Below, piece after piece: positions 39,447-48,194 of a stretch of 64,000 nt of DNA. The notes under the pieces are model-generated. The model had not been told where the DNA came from and searched no databases. It saw only the letters and a program-made list of their open reading frames with translations. Numbering within the stretch: position 1 is the first letter of the stretch; every line of letters begins with the position of its first letter. This DNA is from an uncultured Arthrobacter sp. (lineage in GTDB: Bacteria > Actinomycetota > Actinomycetes > Actinomycetales > Micrococcaceae), in assembly GCF_947493765.1 (NCBI RefSeq), contig NZ_CANLSZ010000004.1, positions 176,461-240,460 on the forward strand, in the 5' to 3' direction. The position numbers and the translations under genes were made by a program.

Positions 39447-40544
39447 TCAGCAGGTGGCCCGCCCATCGATCCGGTTGCCGGACCCGGCGGTCACGTTAAA
39501 GGAACCGCTTCGGCAGGCAGTATTGCCAGCCAGGACTACCTGGCTCACCGCACCGAAGAAATCTACGGACCGGCCCGCGTTGTCGCGGAACGCGTTGTCC
39601 CGGACCTGGATGTTCCTCACGACCCCTCGTGCACCGTAGTAACCGGTGACCAGGCCCTTGGGCGATCCCCAGAACACGTTCCCCTTGATGGTCAGGTTGT
39701 AGGCGCCGGCGGCACCTGCTGCGATCTGCATAGCTGATCCGTGGCGCCCCCCGCGCACCTTATTGTTCAGGTAGGCCACGTCGTGCACCGGTTCCTCGAT
39801 GCTGTGCGCCACCAGGCCGTCGTCGCCATCCGATCCTGATCCCTGATCCACGGTGTTGCCCTGCACCACGCCGAAGCTGGAATCGAAGATGTGGATGCCG
39901 TCGAGCTGGTTGTACTTGCCGCTAGTGGAGACGGACGTGACACTGTTCCGGACACAGAAGTTGGTGCTGGCCACCACGGCTATGGAGTAGGTGAAGGGAT
40001 TGACCGTGGTCACGCGCTGCACCAGTGCATCGTCGGTGTACCGGACGTCGATCAGGTATTCGTGCAGGCGATGGGCGGTATTGCCGTTGAGGGTGTCGCC
40101 GCTCTGATCGGCGACCAGGTCCGAGATGGTCACCTTCGTGGCGCCGTTGGTGGTGATCAGGGGATGTCCGCCGAACGGACCCCGATTCTTGAGGAACAGC
40201 GGCCCAGCCTTCACTCTGGTGGACGTACCTGCTCCCTTGAGGGCCACGCCACTGCGGAGTAGAAGCGGTCGCGAGACCATGTAGGTACCTGCGGCCAACT
40301 GCACGGTTCCCCCGCCTTGGCGTGAGGCAGCATCGATGGCCTTCTGGATCACCACAGCGGAGTCGGTGGACGCGCCGCCGATCGGCGCTGCGACACGCCG
40401 AAGTGCTGTGGCTGTACTTCCTGTGGCCGTACAACTGATCGCCCTACTCCCATCGACAACCGTTGCTGTCTGCGCCTGCACAGGGCCGGCACCGAGACTT
40501 GACATGAGCATGAGAGCGATGAGGCATGAGATCGAGCGATTCAT
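39447..40544 (-). CDS. Secreted right-handed beta-helix protein (pectate-lyase-3 / GH28-related fold), paralog 1
   Basis: 365 aa. Signal peptide MNRSISCLIALMLMSSLGAGPVQAQ. N-terminal IQKAIDAASRQGGGTVQLAAGTYMVSRPLLLRSGVALKGAG is typical of pectate_lyase_3-type beta-helices. Paralogous to 47118..48194. Confidence 0.8.
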   Translation of the reverse strand: MNRSISCLIALMLMSSLGAGPVQAQTATVVDGSRAISCTATGSTATALRRVAAPIGGASTDSAVVIQKAIDAASRQGGGTVQLAAGTYMVSRPLLLRSGVALKGAGTSTRVKAGPLFLKNRGPFGGHPLITTNGATKVTISDLVADQSGDTLNGNTAHRLHEYLIDVRYTDDALVQRVTTVNPFTYSIAVVASTNFCVRNSVTSVSTSGKYNQLDGIHIFDSSFGVVQGNTVDQGSGSDGDDGLVAHSIEEPVHDVAYLNNKVRGGRHGSAMQIAAGAAGAYNLTIKGNVFWGSPKGLVTGYYGARGVVRNIQVRDNAFRDNAGRSVDFFGAVSQVVLAGNTACRSGSFNVTAGSGNRIDGRATC

Positions 40545-40722
40545 GGACCTCAGCGTAGAACCGAGCGGGTTACCCAGTGCTGCGATGCTTCAAGCCTATT
40601 GAAATCCTGCGCAACCCTTTCGGGATGTCTCCCCTGAACACCGAACCCGCCCCGTCCCGGTGCGCCTGTGCCCGAATGGTCCATCCTCCACGTCTAAGCT
40701 CAGCGGAAGTCTGTTCCATCGG

Positions 40723-40806
40723 GTCAGCTCGTCAGCTGCTGTCGCACCCTCGGCGTCGACATCGATCTCCTCGGACTCACCGACCTCCTGGACCACCGGC
40801 ATGGCG
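40723..40806 (-). pseudogene. Relic of the 3' end of a ctc/rplY gene
   Basis: Translates MPVVQEVGESEEIDVDAEGATAAD, versus MAPVVQDLGEPEETDVDPEALAEGATAAD in intact Ctc. Nucleotide similarity to 38446-38541 is visible by eye. There is no 5' part. Confidence 0.7.
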
Positions 40807-40893
40807 GCTCTGGAAGATAGGACCTGGTGGGGAGATCACCGAGCACTGACCGCTCACCACTTCGAGAATCCCACTGCTTGGCCAACACTGGAA

Positions 40894-40932
40894 GAGCACT
40901 GCCGGTCACGCAACGCGTGACCGGCAGTGCTC
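40894..40932. terminator. Perfect 18-bp palindrome (strong hairpin)
   Basis: gagcactgccggtcacgc (40894-40911) / gcgtgaccggcagtgctc (40915-40932). Confidence 0.6.
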
Positions 40933-40940
40933 GAACATGA

Positions 40941-41000
40941 GGGTCGGCGGCGGCTGGGGACGAAGTTCTGGTCTCAGGAGAACTCCTACGCCGCCGACCC
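40941..41000. repeat. Structured ~60-nt repeat R, copy A
   Basis: Outer stem gggtcggcggc / gccgccgaccc. Inner stem agttct / agaact around loop ggtctcagg. A second copy lies at 58774-58831 and carries compensatory changes in both stems. Confidence 0.8.
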
Positions 41001-41159
41001 GGTACGGGGGATCGGGGAGGGCACCCGCTACGGACGTCCCCTCGACAAGATCAACGGTAGGACTGAATTCGTACGTGGACACGAGTAGTCCGGACGCAAA
41101 TGTCGGGAAGGAGTACTCGAATGCTCGCGGATGGAGTACCTGCGAACCCTCCTGCGTCC

Positions 41160-43832
41160 CTAGACACCTCTTGGAAGATAGTCCAGAATGCCCGTCAGGT
41201 CCTCTCGATGCGCGATGCCGAGCTTCGCGAAGATTCGGTACAGATGTCCCTCGACGGTGCGCGTCGAAAGCACCAGACGCCGCGCGATCGCCCTGTTGGA
41301 GAGGCCATCGGCCGCCAGGAGCGCAATCTCGCGCTCGCGTGAGGTCAGCGAGGGGACGGAGTGCGGATCAGACGGCTCGACGACCAGGACACCGTCGATC
41401 CGCGTCCGACGGCGTCGGGCTGCCGGGCCGAGCTCTCGCCGGCGGCCCTCGTCACGTGCGCCGGCGTAGAACTCGATCGCCCGGCAGGTGGCCTTCGCCG
41501 CGAGGAGATGCTTGTGCTGTCGTTCGGCCCCGTCCGCCGCAGAAGCCAGCGCCTTCGCGTCCCCTGACACCAGGCCCTCGGCGTATGCCTGCAGCACATC
41601 GGACTCATCGCCCTCCAGACCTGCCGCGACCACGGCGAGCAGGGACGGAGAGAGTTCGTCATCGAGAACGGTGGCGATTTCGAGGATGTCCTTCTCCGCG
41701 GTGTACCACCCGTGTTCCCGTGCTGTACGGGCGTGGGTGACCAACCGGGACGTGGTGACATCGGTGCTGAGCAGGACCCGTGAGGCGTCGATCAGGGCCT
41801 CTCCGAGCAGGGTGTACTGCGCGGCCCCACACGGCATGTGCGAGGAGAACTCAGCGGCCCATCGTTCGATCTGATCGGCCTCGCCCAGCGTCGCGGCCGC
41901 CCACGACGCGATACCCAGCGCGTACGGCAGGAGCGCGTCGTGGTCGGACCGGCGCAGGGAGACCAATGCGGGACGGATCTTCTCCAGCGCGCGTCGGAAC
42001 TGTCCTCGCCGCGTGTCGATCGCCGCGTCGAGTACGGCGATACTTCCGCTGCAGAAGGTGTAGTCCACCTCGGTCCCCGACGTGTAGTGGTCGAGGGCGT
42101 CCTCGGCCATGGTCAGCTCGCCGCCGTGTACCAGAAGACTCACGTGGCGCAGAAGTAGACCCCGGTGAAGATCCGCCAGCACCTCTGGATGCTGGTCGAC
42201 GAGCGCGAGGGCCGCAGAGCTGTGGTGGAGCCCCTGCACGGCCCTGCCGACGGCCCCCAAGGCCTCCGCGACGAGGGCGTGCGCCGTCGCGAGCCGGCGA
42301 GGATCACCCGTGCCGTCGTCGAGGATGCGGTCGAGGGTCGCGATCGTGTCGCCGTATCGCCCCAGAAGATTCCACTCAAGAGCTCGTTCGATGAGGAGAT
42401 CGGGATTCGCCTCCAGGTGGTCCTTGGAGGGTACGTCCGTCAGATCCTCGAGCGCCCTGCACGCGCGTCCGAGCACACCGCTCCACGCTGGGTCGTCCCG
42501 CCCTGCCGCGACCGACTGCCGGTGCTCGAGGACAGCGAGTGCCGTCACCAGCTCCGGGGCCGTCGCGTGATCGAGGAGACCGGCGCTCCACTTCCGGGAG
42601 TCGTCCAGCCGCGACAGACCGAACAGGGCGTGCGCGCGGTACACGGCCGCTTCGGTCGCGCACGCCGGCGCTCGGATGTCATTCACGAGTCTCAGAGCCG
42701 CACGGGGGTCGTCGTTCCGCAGCGCCAGGGCCGCGAGTTCGAGCAACCGGTCGTCGGGTACGGTCTCGGCGCACTCGAGCGCCCACAGGCCACGGCGGAT
42801 CTGGTGCCGGGCCGGCTGCGTCCGATCCTCAGGGATCGCGGAGTTCACCCTTCGCAGCAGGGAACACCGCCGCCCCGTGGGAATGATGGTTCGCAGGATC
42901 CGGCTGGGAAGCACGCGAGTCTCGAGGATTGCGGCGCGCGGTCCCGTGACGCTCTGGAGGAGACCGATCCGCAGCAGTGACGACACCGTCTTCTGGCTAG
43001 TCAGCCGGACCAGATCGGCAAGACCGAGCACCTCGGAGAGGGCGAGGATGTCGAGGGCCGTACGTTCGGGCGCGCCGAGCTGTACGAGGATGGACTCCAC
43101 AACTTCCCCGAGGACCGCAGGCATCCTCACCTCCGTGTCGGCGAGCACCCAGACACCGTCGATGACGACGAGAGATCCGTCTCTGACGGCCTGGTCCAGG
43201 ATCCCGGGTAGGAAGAGTGGATTACCGGCTGATTCACGACGCAATCTACCGCCGACGCCGCGGGCGATGGACGGGCCAAGGGTACGACGGCACAGGGACA
43301 GGACGTCGGGATCGGTCAGTGGCTCCATGACGTGCTGCTCGACGATCTCGTCCTTGGCGAGGATCGCGAGCTCCCCGGACAGCGCAGCTGCGCAGGGCGC
43401 GAAGCCCACGATCGTGATGGCCCCGTAACCCACCAGCTGTGTCAGAAGCAGCCCACTGTCTTCGTCCAGGAGATGGATGTCGTCGACAATGACGAGAGTT
43501 CGGCGATCGGCAGACCGGCATCGGACGAAAGACAGTACGAGACGCAGGACGGACCGTGGCGACAACACGTCGTATGGCGTCGCGTCGACCAGAAGGGGCG
43601 CGAGGGCTCCGTACGGAACAGTTTTCAGAATCGCCGTCGCGGTGAGGAGCAAGGGGACGAGGCTGTCCGTGGGTACGGCCATGAGCCCGCGGGCCATGGC
43701 GGTCTTGCCCATGCCGGGACCTCCGTACACGAAGGCGCCGCAGGTGGGTCGCTGCTGGAGTTCCGTGGTGAGCTTACTGAGCAGGTCCCGCCTGCTCGGA
43801 TACGGGAAAGCGGGCAGTGGAGCGTGTGTCAT
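41160..43832 (-). CDS. Large ATP-binding LuxR-family regulator (LAL/STAND type), pair 2 downstream member (B2)
   Basis: ORF 41160..44021(-), start set to ATG 43832 (ATGA overlap with the upstream stop). Walker A GGPGMGKT, Walker B LVIVDDIHLLD, HTH LTSREREIALLAADGLSNRAIARRLVLSTRTVEGHLYRIFAKLGI. Confidence 0.85.
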   Translation of the reverse strand: MTHAPLPAFPYPSRRDLLSKLTTELQQRPTCGAFVYGGPGMGKTAMARGLMAVPTDSLVPLLLTATAILKTVPYGALAPLLVDATPYDVLSPRSVLRLVLSFVRCRSADRRTLVIVDDIHLLDEDSGLLLTQLVGYGAITIVGFAPCAAALSGELAILAKDEIVEQHVMEPLTDPDVLSLCRRTLGPSIARGVGGRLRRESAGNPLFLPGILDQAVRDGSLVVIDGVWVLADTEVRMPAVLGEVVESILVQLGAPERTALDILALSEVLGLADLVRLTSQKTVSSLLRIGLLQSVTGPRAAILETRVLPSRILRTIIPTGRRCSLLRRVNSAIPEDRTQPARHQIRRGLWALECAETVPDDRLLELAALALRNDDPRAALRLVNDIRAPACATEAAVYRAHALFGLSRLDDSRKWSAGLLDHATAPELVTALAVLEHRQSVAAGRDDPAWSGVLGRACRALEDLTDVPSKDHLEANPDLLIERALEWNLLGRYGDTIATLDRILDDGTGDPRRLATAHALVAEALGAVGRAVQGLHHSSAALALVDQHPEVLADLHRGLLLRHVSLLVHGGELTMAEDALDHYTSGTEVDYTFCSGSIAVLDAAIDTRRGQFRRALEKIRPALVSLRRSDHDALLPYALGIASWAAATLGEADQIERWAAEFSSHMPCGAAQYTLLGEALIDASRVLLSTDVTTSRLVTHARTAREHGWYTAEKDILEIATVLDDELSPSLLAVVAAGLEGDESDVLQAYAEGLVSGDAKALASAADGAERQHKHLLAAKATCRAIEFYAGARDEGRRRELGPAARRRRTRIDGVLVVEPSDPHSVPSLTSREREIALLAADGLSNRAIARRLVLSTRTVEGHLYRIFAKLGIAHREDLTGILDYLPRGV

Positions 43833-45940
43833 GGCGCAGTGTCGGGCAGCAGGAGAGTAGTGAGTTCCGCCCTGGTGCTGATGCCGAGTTTCGAATACAC
43901 CCGGTACAGATGTCCTTCCACCGTCCGCACCGAGTGGAACACCGTGCGGGCGATATCTCGCTTGGTCTGACCTGTCGACGCGAGCGCTGCGATCTCCCGC
44001 TCGCGGGCCGTCAGCGTCCAAAGTCGTTCATCGTGTTCCTGCCGTGCACTGCCCCATGGATCCTGATCGGGATTACGGCGACCTGGCCCGTTCAGCCTTT
44101 TCGTACCTCGCACGTCGCCTGCCATGAGACGTGCGAGTCGGACCTCCCTCGCAACTGCGGCCTCGGTCACGGCGTCCGCCAGCAACTTCGGATCCGATGA
44201 CACGAGAGCTCGCGCATAGAGCCGCCATATTCGGGCCTCACGCCCCTGCAGGAATGCTGTGAGATCGTCGAGATCCGCGATCGCCTCCCTGCGTCCGAAC
44301 CCTATGGCGGCAGCAAGGCCGATGAGGGCCCACGATCCTGCCCCTCGTTCGAGATCATCGGCGGCATCTCGGTGGAACCTGACAGCGCCATCGCGGCCAC
44401 GTCGCGCGTGGTCGGAGAGCGCTGTCCGATAGAATCGGGTAGCGCGCCGCACCAGCCAGGAACCGCCACCCCGCGCGTCCGACAACGGAAGATGCGCGAC
44501 CGTCTGCTGCGGGGAGCTCTTGTACTTACAGCTGTGCGTGAGCGCCGCGGCAGCGATGACCAGGACTCCATTCGGGTCCGCGACGCGAAGTTGCTGAACC
44601 ACGGCCCTGAGGACGACCCTCGCCTCCGACCGTCGATCCTGCACCAGCAGGTCCACGCCCTCGGAGAGCTCGGCGAGCGACCTGCAACGGGAGGACCAGT
44701 GACCGTCCTTTGTGCTCAGCTGCCAGAACGCGGTATCGCTCCGGCAAGCCGTGAGCAGGCACGCGAGCTCGACCCGCAGGAGCGCAGCATCGGCATGTCG
44801 GTAGGAGGCCCCGGGATGAGTCAGGTACCGCGCAAGCAGGCGAGCCAGTACCCCTCCGTCGTCGTAGCCGGCGAGAATCCTTGCCTGGAGCAGGAGCGAC
44901 TGCGCGGTGAGTTGCAGCCGACGCTCCTCCTCGTTGAGTACCTCCGGTGGATCTGTCCGGACTAGCGAGGGCAGCACTTCGAGGTTCTCGCGGAATCGTC
45001 CCTCGAAGGCGGCGAGTTCAGCATGTGCCTCATCGTTATGTCCCTCGCCGCAGGCGGCGATCAGTGCCTGCCGGCTGATCCTGGCCGCTATGCTGCTCTC
45101 TCGTCCGAATGACGCCGCCAGACGACTGGCCCGCCCGTATTCGCCGCCATCGTTCAGGAGACGGAGCGCACGTTCCGCCTGCTCCAGCGCCACGGTCCCA
45201 CTTGCCCTCCGGCGCCACAGGACGTGGCGGGCAGGATCGAAGCGCAAGTCGTCCAGAGTACCGGCGCTGCGGGAAAGATTAGAGCACAGTCGCGCCGCAT
45301 CGGTCGAGGACACCGAACTCGCAAGCGCTGATTCCAGCTCGTGAGAGGCAAGGCGCACGCGAGGTGGTCGTCCGCCGTCGACCCGGAGGAGTCTCGCGGT
45401 CTCCAGTACATCGATGTCCGCCGGATCGGAGAGCAGCGCCAGATCAGCCCACACCGAGGCTTCCAGAAGCGCCAGCAGAAGGATGATGTCCCGTTGATCC
45501 GGTGACAACGCCGGTACAGGGGCGAAAACGGTTCCGACGTCGATCCGGCCCGCGTCCCCGCCGAGCACCCAGAGCTCCTCCCGCCGGATGAGGGCTGAGC
45601 GCTGCACCAGGTCCCGCACCACAGCCCGGATCAGACGAGGCAGCCCCACCCCCCACCTGGTGACGGCTTCGGCGCCCTCCCTGCTGAGGCGGACGCCGAG
45701 CCCGACCTCTGCGAGCATCCAGGTCTCATCGAGAGTCAGAGCCGGGAGGAACGTCCGTTGTAGGGAACCGGAACGCCAGAACGCCAGGAGCGAGGGATCC
45801 AGTCGAGCGAGATCAGTGACCGTGAAGACTCCGCGTAAACATTCCGGAAGTGATCCGCGGTCCGGATCCATCCCGGCTCCGTACGAGGACTCGGCCGCCG
45901 ACCACGTGGGCGGGATTGGGAGGGCATTCTGCAATCGCAT
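43829..45940 (-). CDS. LuxR-family regulator homologous to A1 but lacking the P-loop NTPase N-terminus (probably 5'-truncated; A2)
   Basis: 703 aa. HTH LTAREREIAALASTGQTKRDIARTVFHSVRTVEGHLYRVYSKLGI. The N-terminus (FTVTDLARLDPSLLAFWRSGSLQRTF) aligns by eye to A1 downstream of its Walker A/B region. No GxxGxGKT is present. Confidence 0.6.
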   Translation of the reverse strand: MRLQNALPIPPTWSAAESSYGAGMDPDRGSLPECLRGVFTVTDLARLDPSLLAFWRSGSLQRTFLPALTLDETWMLAEVGLGVRLSREGAEAVTRWGVGLPRLIRAVVRDLVQRSALIRREELWVLGGDAGRIDVGTVFAPVPALSPDQRDIILLLALLEASVWADLALLSDPADIDVLETARLLRVDGGRPPRVRLASHELESALASSVSSTDAARLCSNLSRSAGTLDDLRFDPARHVLWRRRASGTVALEQAERALRLLNDGGEYGRASRLAASFGRESSIAARISRQALIAACGEGHNDEAHAELAAFEGRFRENLEVLPSLVRTDPPEVLNEEERRLQLTAQSLLLQARILAGYDDGGVLARLLARYLTHPGASYRHADAALLRVELACLLTACRSDTAFWQLSTKDGHWSSRCRSLAELSEGVDLLVQDRRSEARVVLRAVVQQLRVADPNGVLVIAAAALTHSCKYKSSPQQTVAHLPLSDARGGGSWLVRRATRFYRTALSDHARRGRDGAVRFHRDAADDLERGAGSWALIGLAAAIGFGRREAIADLDDLTAFLQGREARIWRLYARALVSSDPKLLADAVTEAAVAREVRLARLMAGDVRGTKRLNGPGRRNPDQDPWGSARQEHDERLWTLTAREREIAALASTGQTKRDIARTVFHSVRTVEGHLYRVYSKLGISTRAELTTLLLPDTAP

Positions 45941-46192
45941 TCGAGACCGACTTCCTGGCGTATGACGATTCTTGGGAAGAATCGTAGGAAGTCAGCGGCG
46001 ATATGGCACGAGTGGACGCCACGGATCCGCGGCCGGGACCACTCGCGTCCCCCACGCGCGCCCGGCATCACCTACTCGTTTCTCCCCGCAGGAATCCGTG
46101 ACCCTGCAGATCAGTCAGGCGATGCCGTCGAACGGTCATCGTGTCCTCATTGCGCCCGAGGATCCGTCGTCGACCGTCCGAGCAGAACCCGA

Positions 46193-46402
46193 TCACACGT
46201 ACTCGATCATGTTGCTCGGGTGCCCACCGCGCCGGACCTCGAACTGCGTCACCAAACCCGCTCGTCCGATGACGCCCAGCTTGCGGCAGATCCGGTAAAG
46301 GTGACCTTCCACGATGCGGACCGAGACGAAGATGGTACACGCGATGCTCTCGCCGGTCGCGGCAAATCGCGCGACGGTGTGCTCCTCCCTGTGAGATCGG
46401 AG
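46193..46402 (-). pseudogene. Decayed LuxR-type HTH remnant (A-type C-terminus)
   Basis: LRSHREEHTVARFAATGESIACTIFVSVRIVEGHLYRICRKLGV aligns to the A2 HTH with a 3-aa gap and a degenerate first helix. Upstream sequence to about 46915 is a frame-broken Arg-rich ORF. Confidence 0.45.
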
Positions 46403-47117
46403 ACACCACGAGCTGCGCCGAGAACCTCGAACAGAGTGCGCGCGAAGAGAGCGCCATACTGGGTGACGCAACGGGAAGCCGAGCGCATCCCAGCGGAAGT
46501 GGCACCGTCCTCCTGCAGCGTCAGTGATTGCTTGATTGCCGGTCCGGTGACAGACAGCACGTCGGCCCGCCGAGGCAAGGCGTTCGAGGTCGTCCTCCGA
46601 GCGCTCCTGTGTGGCTCCGGGAGGTCTGGTGCGCGACGGCACGAAGTATCGCCGTCGTACCACTACCCAATTCCCCCGGAGGGTAGGGCCCGCCCGGCCC
46701 GGGGACAGGATGCGTCGAAGGGCGTCATCGGATAGTTGCGCTCGCGCTCCAAGAAACGCCTTGTTCGCCGCCGACGACCGAAGGGTCGGCGAACAAGGGT
46801 CTGCACGTACCGATGGGACCATATGATGGAGACTCCACGAAGTTGTCGTCCTGTTCCCCAGCCGGTGCTGCTGAAGACCAGTTTCCACACGAGGAACATG
46901 CCCTACCGGGTACACGAGTGGATGCCACTGGGCTGAGGTCGAACTACTCGGAAGGACAGCGGGGTACTACGCACAGCGAGCATCCTTCGCAGAGAACGCC
47001 GATCATCACCCGATCCTTTTGGACTACCCTGAGGGGACGTTCCACAGTGTTCCGGTGCGACCCGTGCACGCTGGTGAGAATTGTCCTACCCCTGTCGAGC
47101 AGTCAGAAGGCCGACCC

Positions 47118-48194
47118 ATGAAGATCCATCCTCTCGAGGCGACGCTCCTGGCGGCCTTCGTGGTGGGCGTGGTCGTGACCGTCTTCGCGTTCGACACGAA
47201 CGATGACGGCGGGTGCGTTGCCACGGGCAGTAGTTCCACGAACGTGGTGCGAAGAGATGTCTCGGATTCCGGCAACTCCGGGGCGCTCCAGGCGGCGATC
47301 GATATCGCTGAGCGTCAGGGAGGAGGGGTCGTCCAACTCACCGCGGGACAGTTCGATGTCGACCGCCCGCTGTTACTCAAGGACAACGTAGCACTCAGGG
47401 GCGTAGGACCGGAGACGGTCCTTAAGGCATCACCTCGTTTCCTCGACACGAAGGGCCCCCACGGCGGGCACCCCATCATCTCCACCGAGGGTGCCGATGA
47501 CGTCACGATCGCCGATCTGACGGCAGACCAGAGCGGCGACCTGCTCGACGGAAACGTCGACGGCCGGCTCAACGAGTACCTGATCGACGTGCGACACTCG
47601 ACCAACGCCCTCGTGGAAGGCGTGACGACCCGCAATCCCTTCACCTACTCGATCGCAGTGGTGGGCAGCCAGACCTTCTGCGTGCGCGACAATTCGACCG
47701 TGGCCGAATCATCGGGACGATACGACCAGCTGGACGGTGTCCACATCACGGACTCTCACTCGGGCGTCGTGCAGGGCAACCGGATCGACCAACGCCAGGG
47801 CGACGACGGCGACGACGGGATGGTCGCCCAGACGATCGGGAGGCCGGTATACGACGTCGTCTACCGCGACAACGACGTCCGCGGGGGGTCTCATGGTGCA
47901 GGTATGCAGCTGGCAGTGTCCGGTCACGAGATCCGGAACATTGTCATCGAGGAGAACCGATTCTGGGGCTCGCCCTCTGGCATTCGGACCGGCCGCTACG
48001 ACGGCGGTACCCAACCTGTCCGGGACATCCTGATCGTCGGCAACACGTTCTTCGAAAACGACCGCGAGTCGGTGGTCTTCGGGGGCGAGCTGGAGAATGT
48101 CCGCGTCGAGCAGAACACCATCTGCCGCAGCGGTCCCATCAGCGTGGCTCCAGCAGCAGGAAACCTGGTCAGCGGTAATCAGGAGCGCTGCTGA
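47118..48194 (+). CDS. Membrane-anchored right-handed beta-helix protein, paralog 2
   Basis: ORF 47019..48194(+), start set to ATG 47118 (MKIHPLEATLLAAFVVGVVVTVFAF). LQAAIDIAERQGGGVVQLTAGQFDVDRPLLLKDNVALRGVG. Colinear with paralog 1 through to the C-terminal NTICRSG...C. Confidence 0.8.
   Translation: MKIHPLEATLLAAFVVGVVVTVFAFDTNDDGGCVATGSSSTNVVRRDVSDSGNSGALQAAIDIAERQGGGVVQLTAGQFDVDRPLLLKDNVALRGVGPETVLKASPRFLDTKGPHGGHPIISTEGADDVTIADLTADQSGDLLDGNVDGRLNEYLIDVRHSTNALVEGVTTRNPFTYSIAVVGSQTFCVRDNSTVAESSGRYDQLDGVHITDSHSGVVQGNRIDQRQGDDGDDGMVAQTIGRPVYDVVYRDNDVRGGSHGAGMQLAVSGHEIRNIVIEENRFWGSPSGIRTGRYDGGTQPVRDILIVGNTFFENDRESVVFGGELENVRVEQNTICRSGPISVAPAAGNLVSGNQERC

Noticed and set aside
32328-45940. 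The STAND NTPases might be Avs-like antiphage sensors or a defence island
   Set aside because: All four carry a C-terminal LuxR-type HTH, which is a transcription-factor output. None has a nuclease, protease, TIR or Sir2 effector domain. No other defence genes, restriction-modification genes or toxin genes are nearby.
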